This document shows, in pieces, positions 52,986 through 64,000 of a DNA stretch of 64,000 bases. The DNA lies in NCBI GenBank assembly GCA_013239625.1, contig MU053881.1, forward strand, positions 11,212,873-11,276,872. Direction: 5' to 3'. The stretch's first letter is position 1; each line of letters starts with the position of its first letter. The notes beneath the pieces are model-generated. The model saw only the letters and a list, made by a program, of their open reading frames with translations, was not told the origin of the DNA and did no database searches. The translations under genes were made by a program, and so were the position numbers. The stretch is from Lama guanicoe. Taxonomy: Eukaryota.

Positions 52986-55939
52986 ACCCAGTCCTTGGCA
53001 GGTGAAGTAAAATCAAGTCCCTAGTACTGAATGACTCTGTCTTTAGGGTCCCGCATTTTGTATATGATTTCAGAGAAATAAGTTACCATGAAAATGAATT
53101 TTAAAAAGTTAGTTCCACCTTGGATATCTTATAAAGGATTTAAAATTCTGAAATAATCAGAAAATACTTCTTTAAAAATATCTCACCTGAAAATCAGCTA
53201 CAGTAAATAAAACACTATCTTAGTATTATTTTTATGCCCCGTAAAATAACTGGTGCTTTAGTATGCCAGGTACAATAAAGAAACACAAACTGTAACTAGG
53301 TAAGTTTGAAGTATGGCTCATCTAATTGGTTAACATCAACACAATCTTTATATGTTGAAGGCCTTTTTCATTCCAGAATTACACTAAATGGAATTGAGCA
53401 GCATTACTTCTATGTTATTCCACATTAAATTCAACTGGATTTGAGATTCACTTTGTTGTTGAAATATTGCAATTCAAAACAAACTCTAAAAGTGAAATAC
53501 AGAAAGGAGAAGCATGGATTTCCCAAGATGTAAACATGCAGTGCTTTATATATAGATCTTAAATCATAGCAGCTACTAAAACTTTGATGATATTTCATAA
53601 ATCACATTCAAGCGATTTTTATTCTTATTTCAAGCAAAGCATTTTTTACCCTCCCAGAGGTCAAGACAGAACCTAGACTAGCTGTTATAATCTAAGTCTG
53701 TGCACTCAGTTCCAGTACAGTCCTTATCAAAAGTATTTGCTTCATTCTCTTACCCCCTCACCCACCACAAGCCTCAATTAACTATGGATATCATTTAGAA
53801 AATACATAGTGTTTTAGAAAATGATTGACAAATACTATTCAAAACATACATTCCATTATTAATATATGTGAGCCCATAATACAAACTTCACAGTTTCAAT
53901 ATTTTTAGTTAGTTCTACAGGTAGGTATAAACAGTGTAAATAAATATATTTTTGATCTTTTTTAGTCATGCACAGACTGCAGACATTATGGTTGACACTA
54001 GAGCTCTTAAAATAAAAAGTCTATGCTTAACCATGGTGGCATCCTCCCCACATACACACAGTTATTCGAGTGAAACATAAACATGTGTATGTATCATGAA
54101 CACATGTGACTAGAGCATGTTTTTTTGTTCCCCAAAGTATGGAAGACTCTGAGGAAGCACTCCATCCCCATTCTACTCCATGGACATGGTTAAATGTAAT
54201 TTTCACTATCATAATTTAAATAATTATTTCAGGCATTTGTGTAAGTGATCAAAAGTGAGTATTTTACTTGCTGTATTTCCTCCATCAAACAGTAGTAAGT
54301 AATCTTAATAGTAGTAAGATTTTAGTGCACGGCCCCTCAAATTGTAGAAAAATAATTAATGGAAATAGAATTGATGGTGGGGGAGGGAAGATTTTTCTCA
54401 TATAAGGAATAGAAAACATGGTATTTCCTACATTTCACAAAAATAGATTCAAAACCTCCAACGCCCTTTCTGAGTTGTTTCTAATATACACTTTATACAC
54501 AGCAGCTAGAAGGAGAGACAATTAATAAGAAATAGTATTAGCAAGTTCAGATCGATATGTAATGAAACACTCCAAACTACTGAGACCTTTACTGTAATCA
54601 AACTAGCTTCATTTAAAACACAAATTAAAAGACTGCCCAGAGTTTGTCTTTTTATTCCTACTTTTTAACCAATCCTATTATTGTACCAAATGCAGCTGAT
54701 ATCTGTCACCCAGACAAACACACGCACAAAGACACATAATCATAATCACGTTGGTAAATATGCAGGTTTATATACTTATATATGATTGCTATTATTTTTA
54801 AAATGAATATTCACTTCTCAAAATAAATCTAAAATGATTATCCTAATCTAAAGTTATCAAAATGAAGAGAAATTAATAAAATTAGGAACAGAGGGGTTGG
54901 ACTGATTACAAATTTAATCTTATGCCTCAGAAAGAATAACAGGTTGACATTTTAAAAACTCATTTTGAGGGAGAAAAGAACATATTGAGAAAATCTCCAT
55001 ATAATCTCTGAGAAGATATAGTTTTCAATGAGCATGAATCACATTTCATTTTATGCAGGGTTTTACCACTGCAGTACTTTCTGTTACACTGAGTTATAAC
55101 CCCCTACCCTAAAGGCAGCTTTTGATTTGATTTTCATTGCCTTGGGCAAGCATGATTGAGGACCCACAAGACTGTAGAAGATGTTGATTGATTCTTTTGA
55201 TCCTAGCAGATAATAGAAAGTGTTTAAATTGGTTGTGTTAAAAAATCTGAGGATGAATTGGGACTTTAGGCAAATTGCACAGAAGATTTTTAATCTTCGA
55301 TTTGTTCAAATCTGTAACATAGGAAACAGAAAAGATTTGTATCTTTTCTTGTCAAATTCCTTTCTATTTCACATCAATCACTTTTTTTTTTCTCTTCACC
55401 TTCTCTGGTCCTATGTGACTCTTTTATTCTTAGAATTAGAGGCCTTTGTGTCTTATTTAAATTAAAAAAGATATCAAAGTCACACATGAAGTGAAATTTA
55501 AGCCACAGTGTGAGACTGGAAATCAAGCCAAAGAGAAGAGGGAAAAAAAAGAAACCAGTGGCAAAATACAAAGTGAACCTATGTGTTTCTCTTTAGGAGT
55601 CAAAAGTGCTCATTGTTACATCACTACTTTGGACAATGTGACAAAATATTTCCAACAGACCTCTGATGATACACTGCTGTCCAATCAGAGTGTCTCTGTT
55701 GAACATTGACAGGGATGGCAAATAATTTGCTACCATTCATATCTAGAGTACTGAAACTTATATATAATTCATTTAATCATATAAACTAGAGAAGATGTAT
55801 GCCTATACTGACCAAAAAATACTTATTCCCATAGGAATGATAGTGACAGAAAAGGGACTCATCAAAAACTAGCAGGGCTTCATTGGATTCTGCAACCCAG
55901 AGCTTATTTTACATTTGTCACCTTAATAAGACATCATTA

Positions 55940-57475
55940 CTGGTGTCTCCTCAGGCAATGGAAACAAAAGCAGAACTATACAAATGAGACTATGGCAAAC
56001 TAAGAGTTTTGCGCAGTGAAGAAAATTATCAACAAAATCAAAAGGCCACCTACTGAACAGGAGAAGATATTTGCAAACAATATATCTCATAAGGGGTTAA
56101 TATCTAAAATATATATTAAAAAAACTCATATAACTCAACATACAAAACAGATTTAAAAATGGCAAGAGGACCTGAATTTTTCCAAGATAGGCATATAGAT
56201 GGCAAACAGCCACATGAAAAAGATGCTCAATATCGCTATCAGGGAAGTGCAAATCAAAACCACAATCAGCAATCACCTCACCCGTGACAGAATGACTATT
56301 ATCAAAAAGACAACTAATAAGTGTTGAAGAGGACATGGAGAAAAGGACACCCTCATGCCCTGTTGGTAGGAATGTAAACTGGTGTAGTCACTATGGAAAA
56401 CAGTATGGAGATTCCTCAAAAAAATTAAAAATACAACTACTGTATAATTCAGCTATCCCACTCTTGGGTATTCATCTAAAGAAAGTAATACTTTAATTCA
56501 AAAAGATACATGTACACCTAAGTTCATTATAGCATTATTTACAACAGTCAAGATATGGAAGCAATCTAAGTGCCCACCAATAGATGGATGAATAAAGAAG
56601 CCATCACACATACACACAGTGGAATACTAGCCATAACAAAGAATAAAATCTTGCTATTTGTAGTAACACGGATAGACCTGGAAGCCACAATGCTAAGTGA
56701 AATAAGACACTTAAGACAGAGAAAGACAGATACTGCATGATTTCAGTATCTGTCTAAACAAATGAACCAACTAAACTAAACTGAAACAGAGTCATATATA
56801 CAGAGAACAAACAGGTTGCTGTCAGAAAGGCTGGGGTGGGGTAGAAAGACGAGAGAAATAGGCAAGGGCGATTAGGAGGTACAAACTTCCAGTTACAAAA
56901 TAAATGAGTCTTGGGTACAAAATGCATAATGTGGGGAATACAGTCAATAATTATGTGATATCTTTGTGTGGTGACAGATAACTAGACTTACCATGGTGGT
57001 CATTTTGAAATGAACAGAAATATTGAAACACTATGTTGTGTACCAGGAACTACCATAGTGTTGAAGGTCGATTACACTTGAAAAACTAACAAATTCATAG
57101 TAAAAGACATCATATTTGTGGTTACCTGAAGTGAGGGTGGGGGTGAGGGGGCATTTGATGAAGGCAGTCAAAACGTAAAAACCTCCAATTATAAGATAAA
57201 TAAGTACTAGGTACTTGATAAATATAGTGAAAACTTTATGTGATGTATGAAAGTTATTAAAAGAGTAAATACTAAGAGCTCTCATCACAAGGAAAAAATT
57301 CTTTTTTCTAGTTCTTTAATGTTGCATCTATATAAGCTGCTGAATGTTTAGTAAACTTACTGTGGAAATCGTTTCATGATCATGTCAAATCATTATGCTG
57401 CATACATTAAATTTACACAGTACTATATGTCAACTATATCTCAATAAAACTAGAAGAAAAAACAAATTAAAAAAT
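55940..57475 (+). mobile_element. L1 3' ~1.5 kb (L1MA9-derived laurasiatherian type with two-part 3' UTR)
   Basis: ORF2 C-terminal motifs ('cacatgaaaagatgctcaatatc', 'actatggaaaacagtatggagattcctcaaaaaa'); end 'tgtcaactatatctcaataaaac'. Confidence 0.9.
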
Positions 57476-57514
57476 TTTTAAATATAAGAGCTTGGGTATA
57501 CTTGCACTGAATTC

Positions 57515-57730
57515 AGTAGTATTAGGGATTTTCCTAAGCATACTCATAAATATTAACTCATTTAAACTTTTCAATAATATCATAGGTTAGACAGTATTAT
57601 TCCTATTTTATGATAAACAATTTGAGAAAGAGAAAGGTTAAATGAACTGCACAAAATCACACACCAAGGAGTAAGGCCAGGAACTGAACAACACATTCAT
57701 TAATAACCAGTAAGCTGTGCTACCCACTAT
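57515..57730 (-). mobile_element. MIR SINE
   Basis: 'actcatttaa...tattattcctatttt...aggttaaatgaactgcacaaaatcacac'. Confidence 0.65.
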
Positions 57731-57839
57731 ACAGTAAGTTAATAGTTCCTGACTCTAAACCCTTTGGAAGCTTCACCCAAGCACCGAAGAAGAGTTCTGT
57801 CAATATATATCTCTAAGCCTTCAGAATTGGTTAATACAA

Positions 57840-58025
57840 TTTTTTAAACATTTTTATTGATTTATAATCATTTTACAATGTTGTGTCAAATTTCAGTGTA
57901 AAGGACAATTTTTCAGTTATACATGAACATATATAATTCATTGTCACATTTTTTTCTCTGTGAGCTACCATAAGATCCTGTGCTTTACAGTATAATCTTG
58001 TTTATCTATTCTACAACTTTGAAAC
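57840..58025 (-). mobile_element. Short camelid-type L1 3' end
   Basis: 'ttttattgatttataatcattttacaatgttgtgtcaaatttcagtgta...tcagttatacatgaacatatata'. Confidence 0.8.
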
Positions 58026-59084
58026 ACCTTCCTTCATTTAGTTTACATTGATTTTGTACTAATTCTCTGGAAGATATGATTAAAGGGAAACTTTATTTTG
58101 CAATTGAAAATGAGATCCTCAACAGTTAACTTCATCATCACACAAGACTGAAATATCAGCTATAAAGCCATGGGTCCTAATTGCTCTTGCCTTGTACCCT
58201 TGTCCATTGTGTGCTTCTCTTGAAAACCTTCTTGCTTATATTCCTTGCATTACCACACCACGAAGAGCCTTTAGAAGGCAGAATTAAAAACATAAAGTTT
58301 AAGTCATGTAAAATCAAATTTTCTGCCTTCAAAAAAAAGTGAAAAAAAAACTTTAAATGTGTAACTTCTTGGATTCCAGATTCTTTGCAAATTGTGACAT
58401 TTTACACCAGCAAATATCTCTTCAAATGATAACAGGTAACTATTAAAAACAACCTAGTATATGTTACCGAAGTGATGGGCTATAAAATGGATCCATTTTT
58501 CCCTTTATTTCTACAATGATAAAGAAATTCTGAATGAAAAAGAAAATCCAGGAGATGTTATTGGAAGCTGACATTAAAATGATGCCCCTTTCCAATGGGA
58601 AGCTGGCAAATATAAAACCCTGCTATTTAATCTGTGTGTATGTGGAAAATGTTTGCATTTCCTCAATTGCAGAAAATCTCAGGTTGTGAAATTGCCCTTC
58701 TGTAATCATTGCTTCTGGTCACAAACATGGCACTAGCACTAACTGAAGAAATTTAAATATCTTACACAGTAAGAAGACTGAACACTCACTGTACTACTGC
58801 CCTGAAATATAGTATTTTTTTATGTTTATTTTCCTAGGTGATATCAAATGTGATTTTTTTTTTAATTCCTTAACATCTCCTTGTGAGTCAGTACAGTTTT
58901 CCTGAACACGGTATACTCATTCTGACGTAAGCTTAATGACTTAGGTCATCTGACAGTGAATGAATACTAAACTCTCTATGTGGTAAATCTAAAATTGATT
59001 GTACACAAAATAAGGAACAGTACAGGTTTTGCCTGTACGCTCTTATTTTGTTGCCTTCAATTTAGTAATTAAGGACATGAGTCA

Positions 59085-59275
59085 TGGCGTCAGGAGGACC
59101 TGGACTCAAATTTCTGGTCCTCCATTCACTTAAGTTTGGGAACTCTATGGATATTTTTTCCTCATCATAAAAAGCTGGTGAAAATACCCACTTTACAGAG
59201 TTGTTATGAAGAATAAATAAGACCTTGGAGGGCAAGTTCTTATCTTTAGCACATAAGGGGCAATCAATGGTAGTT
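59085..59275 (+). mobile_element. MIR SINE
   Basis: 'gacctggactcaaat...ccattcactta...acagagttgttatgaagaataaat'. Confidence 0.65.
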
Positions 59276-59424
59276 AACCCAAGTAATACATTAATACTAA
59301 TTATGTTAAATTAGAAAGCAAAAGTAGATCCGTACTTCACTGCAGATAACCTCATCATTTTATCCATGCGTAGTAGTAGTTTCTTAGTCAAGGCTTTTTC
59401 TTTACCAGATATTTAATGAGAAAT

Positions 59425-59600
59425 GTGAGCATGGCAGTTAAGAGCAGAGACTTTTGAGTCTTAGGTTCATCATGCACTGTCTGTGTAGCTGTGGAAAAGT
59501 TACTTAACCTCAACGCATCTCCTTCAAGTGGAAATCCCAAAGCACACATCACCAGGTAGTTGTGAAAATTAAACGAGGTCATTTATAGTAAAGAATTTGG
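59425..59600 (+). mobile_element. MIR SINE
   Basis: 'gttaagagcagagacttt...aagttacttaacctc...gttgtgaaaattaaacgag'. Confidence 0.7.
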
Positions 59601-59739
59601 ACAAATAAACTAGCATGATTATCGCTATTATAAATACACTAAATGAAAGACTACTTACAATATTCATTTTAAAAGAAGAGTTGGCATTTTTCTTCCATTT
59701 TGTTATGTCAAATGCAGAATTGACAAGTAGCAGCACAAC

Positions 59740-59940
59740 ACTGGTAGGGCAGTGTAAGGTGAGCCACCCACCCTAGGGGCAAGCCATAAGGAAGAGCATT
59801 GTCTACAGGGAATTTAAAAGGATAATAACACTGACTAAAAATAAATTATCTGTTTATTATCATCATGTGCTAGAAACTCTAAACAACATTCCTACGGGGG
59901 TAGACTTTCCACCACCCTCACTTGTCTTGGTGCTCCACTG
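59740..59940. mobile_element. Arthur1/MER69-like hAT-Tip100 fossil
   Basis: 'gcattgtctacagggaatttaaaaggataataacactgactaaaa...ttattatcatcatgtgc...ctaaacaa'; end 'cttggtgctccactg'. Confidence 0.65.
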
Positions 59941-60684
59941 GTAGCAAACTGATGTGACATTTTGCAATTTTTTAATGTACCTTTAACCTTTACTCTAGTT
60001 TTAGTTATATAAATTCTCATGATCATTTATATAGCGTGTTTCTTAAAATACAGACAGAGATTAAATCATTTCTTTATATAAATTCCATAGCACTTAATTT
60101 TTAAATATTTCATCAGATATAGAGAATTCCTTCAATCCTGAAGACCAAACCATTGTTGTATTGGATTATAAACTTGTTAATAAATGGAATATACTCTGTC
60201 TAAGGGTAAAAACAGTAAAATATGGAAAAATCCCAAATTCTAAAATTGGCAATTCTCCAACCTGAAACTATTTCAAAGAGTTGAATTCCATTCAGCTCTT
60301 TCTCAGTAAGCAAGAAATTCAGTATTTGACTTGTCACATATTTCTTGTATAATCTTTAAAGTTTCTGCCTTAGTTTAATACATGCAATATATCTGACTTA
60401 CAATGTCTCCCTATTCAAAATGTATTCCTTAAGAAAAAGAGACTGCCAGATAATGAACCTCAGAGTAGAATGTATACTGTGGTATTAGGAAATAAAATAA
60501 CTGTATTTTTTTCTCATAAATGTTGGGAAGAAGAGAAGTAATATTCTAATGTTTTATGAAATAATATATACATATACATGTTTCTTTGTCAAATCTATAT
60601 AAAAAGAAATTCTTATTGAAATTTTTTAAACAAATACAATAGAAATCAGAATATTCAATGTAAATCTTACTATCTAGCCCTGAA

Positions 60685-60746
<62 letters not shown>

Positions 60747-60757
60747 GTGTGTGTGTG
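60685..60757. repeat. Compound microsatellite (GT)10(AT)5(AC)10(AT)6(GT)5G
   Basis: Counted directly. Confidence 0.95.
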
Positions 60758-61839
60758 CAGGAGAATATAAAAAACTGGAATTACAGAGTTATCATGATAT
60801 ATATTCTAGCATTTTTCATGACATTCAGACAAGAATTTCAGGAGTTACATATACATAAAATTGTATTTGTAATATAAGGATAATCTATGGGAATTGACAT
60901 GTCACTGTGGCTCTAATCCACAGAACTTTACAACAGTTCAAACTTAAATATCTTCATGTTATTGTCTGTAAATCCTTACATGATTTACTTCATTTTCCTC
61001 TGTGAAGTGGTGTGTATATACTCAGTTTAAAGAAATGAAAAAGGTAAAGGTAATAAATATTATCATATTCTTCTTCAACACCTATATTATGCTTCAATTT
61101 TATGCTGCCTTTACATTCATAATCCTCAAATATAATTCCCCAAACTGTATTTCTCCTCTATCCCAATAACACATGCTTATTTAAATATCTCCCTTTGACT
61201 ATGTTTTATTTGAAGGTTGGCCTCATTTTGTCAAAAACACAACAACAAAAGAAGTTTAAAGACATACACTCATACTAATATAAATTCCAACTTATTATGC
61301 AAGAGTAAATTCTTATTTTGGATTATTTACTATTCTAGAACTTAAAATATCACTGCTGGGAATTGTTTTTAATGGCAAGATTATTAAATCATCAACAGGA
61401 TGTTTTTTATGAGTTAGCTTTATTTAAGATGTAGTTCCACGGACTAAACATTATAATGTGGCTGAAGTCTATTTTGCCTGGACATTTAGAAGCACATACT
61501 CATTATGTAGGAGGTATGTCTATTTCATTTTGAAAACAATTAATACTATTAGAATCTCAAAGCTTTTTGTTTGTTTTATTTTAACAATCACCATGCATGT
61601 AAGCATCATAATTACAGTCGCACTACGTCAATGTAGAGAACCTAATGTTAACCGTCACGTAACAATAGCTTTATGTGATTCTTTTAAAAATGTAGTGCAA
61701 AGAACACTGATGAGAAATCTCAGCATAATGTTAGGAAAGAGCTGTATTTTCTCTTGCATTTGGGAAAGAATCAATAAGCGTTTTAAATATCTCTAGTGTT
61801 TAAGTCTTTTTTGCTCCATTTCAAGATGCTCTTTCTGGG

Positions 61840-62090
61840 CGCAGATAACACTTACAGTCTTGCAGGAAATGAATACAAATGTACAGATGACCATAAGACA
61901 GACCAGGTAATATGTTTACAGGAGAATACAAGGCAAGCTGGGGGTTCAAAGAATGGAGAGACCGTGTGAGGCTCGTGGAAGAGCACCATTTGAAATGAAC
62001 CTTGAAATGTAGATAAGCATTTGGCAGGTGAAGATGTAGGGAAAAGAAGTGGCTGAGAGCATGAAGATTAGGAAAACAAGGAAAAAAGGG
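61840..62090 (-). mobile_element. L2 fragment
   Basis: 'cttacagtct...catttgaaatgaaccttgaaatgtagataagcatttggcaggtgaag'. Confidence 0.6.
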
Positions 62091-62105
62091 TTCATGTCGT
62101 GGCTC

Positions 62106-62146
62106 TGTGTGTGTGTGTGTGTATGTGTGTGTGTGTGCGCGCGCGC
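62106..62146. repeat. (TG)n(CG)n alternating purine-pyrimidine tract
   Basis: Seen directly. Confidence 0.95.
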
Positions 62147-63714
62147 TGGAGAAAAAAGATGATTACTATATGCACAGACACTACAAGTATTTTGATTTTA
62201 AAAAACTCTAAAAAATACAGTAAATTAAAGTCCAGGATATAACACAAATAGTGCTACAGATTCTAAGTACCATAACTATTCATAGCTTGTCAGTAAGTTT
62301 GGCACCTGGAGCTGTGAAATAGAGAACTTAAGCAGTTGGTTATGTGCAGTTCTTGAATTTTATCTGTGTTTCCATTACTCTCTGTCCTATTTTGCTTCCT
62401 TTTCTACTTAAGAAAAGCATTTTGTAAAGCATTGGAATAAACGTGATGTTATGTGCATGAAGTCCACACTTAATTTTTAAGAAAGGAAACCATTCACAAA
62501 CTTTAGGCTTTAATTATGAGTGGTATCACAATCACTGATGACATACTTCACAGCTGGTTATAGGATGTCAGAGTATCCTAGCACATTCTGGGAGCCAGGG
62601 ATAATGGGGAGTAACTGGACATTTTACTGTTTATAAGATTAAGTGATATAATGGAAATTATGCTTTGGATACATAAGTCTTTGTGCAGAATGGATTGGAT
62701 TGGGAAGAGTTTGGCAATCTAAATAGAGAGGCTAAAGACTGAAAGAGGTTGATGGCAGATGATATACAAAAAAGGAACATACACAAATATGACTCCAAAT
62801 GTGGAAAGTACAGGAACAGTCCATTAACGACAAGGAAGGATCCCAGAAGATTTTGAATGTAGGTTACTGACAGCATGTTGGTCAACAAAAATAAGTCATA
62901 AAGAGCAGACAGTTGGAATATATTCAGGGTTAGATACTCAAATAATACAGAGACCAAGATGGCCTATTGCCAGGATAACATTTAGTTTGAAACTGGAGAG
63001 AGAGGCATAGCTATAATTGGAAGGTAATTATATGAATATATGAAAGAAGGAGCAAATAATTTAAAAAAAGAAGGAAGCTGAGGACTAGTTACTAACCTAA
63101 ATTATTTATATCTAAGTAGTGTATCTATTTAGAAGAAATAGAAAAAGGAAGAAAAGGATATCAAAAGAACATCTGGGAAGGAGAACAAGCATGGTATAGT
63201 TCAAAATAATCCAAAGTGAAATAAATTTAGGATGAATGAAGAAGAAAACCTAGCAAAAGCTACAGAGATTATAGAGATGGTAGTATCAGAAAAAGCCATA
63301 GTATTTATCAACTAGGTGGTTACTAGAACATTAAGAAAATCTCATAGCACATAATAATTGAGCATTTTCTATGTGCCAGAAATTGTGCTTGGGTCTGAGG
63401 TTGGAAGTGAAGGGAAAAATAAAGAGAATACAATAATGAATGTAAATGACTCTTACACTCATAGTTTTTAAGTTGCAGTAGAGACAAAGGAAAAGAAGAA
63501 AACGTTAATAAATTAATAGACGGCAAGGACATTAAATAAATGTATATATATTATATGAAGGAGGAAAAGAAATGGATCCGCAGCTTGAAGGTATCTTTGT
63601 TTTTCTAGGTACGATTATGTGAAAAAATAGTTTTCTTTTTCTGTTAAACAAAACTCATTACCTAGTTGTTAGGGTTCTTACTTGTGTCAACGTATTACTT
63701 GTACGGCATGAGAT

Positions 63715-63878
63715 CAGGACCAACTATGCAATCTGTGAGATCTACTGCAAAATAAAAATGTGAGGCTCCTAGTTAAAACATTACTGAGAATTTCAAGATA
63801 GTGATCGCAGAACACTAAAAACAGGCTTCCTTTGAGCTTAGGCTCTGCCCGGGCTATATGCTCAGCAAGCCAGCCCTG
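63715..63878 (-). mobile_element. MER45A-like hAT-Tip100 MITE
   Basis: Termini 'caggaccaacta' and 'aagccagccctg'; internal 'tgcaaaataaaaatgtg', 'agaatttcaagat'. Confidence 0.8.
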
Positions 63879-64000
63879 CGTGGAATTCATTCTACCGCCT
63901 CATTACTCCTTTGGTCGTTGCTGCTGGCCCTCTCCTCCATCTCTTCACTGTGAGGTGCCCAGGGCTGTCCATTTTACCTTCATCTCCATCTAACCTCACT

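Noticed and set aside
56780..57460. Apparent tandem duplication of the L1 3' UTR
   Set aside because: As I recall, this two-part 3' end is a subfamily consensus feature of L1MA9-derived laurasiatherian L1s, not a local event.
61458..61796. 112-aa ORF in unique sequence
   Set aside because: Non-ATG start, AT-driven composition, no recognisable domain and no flanking splice signals.
1..64000. CRISPR array, operon or other prokaryotic system
   Set aside because: The sequence is mammalian non-coding DNA; there are no regularly spaced repeats or gene-dense segments.

Overview
Mammalian, AT-rich, CpG-poor, non-coding DNA (deep intron or intergenic), very likely camelid (alpaca/llama/camel): it carries a tRNA-derived Vic-1-type SINE and L1 3' ends that resemble camelid subfamilies. 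I recognise no host protein-coding exon and no RNA gene. The recognisable ORFs are decayed LINE-1 ORF1/ORF2 pieces; the rest look spurious. Much of the window is interspersed repeat: a nested L1 stack at 13.8-20.4 kb, a rearranged L1MD at 45.5-49.6 kb, younger L1 3' fragments, seven or eight solo LTRs (one nested pair), L2, MIR and hAT fossils. Family names are from my memory of consensus sequences, not a database search, and most boundaries are approximate. I found no convincing novel biological system. The best leads are: (i) a probable L1 3' transduction bracketed by an 11-bp TSD; (ii) a CpG-retaining patch ending in a strong splice donor at 23.7 kb (candidate first exon); (iii) candidate exon/promoter signals at 10.7, 39.9 and 50.2 kb; (iv) several template-switch or palindrome scars.
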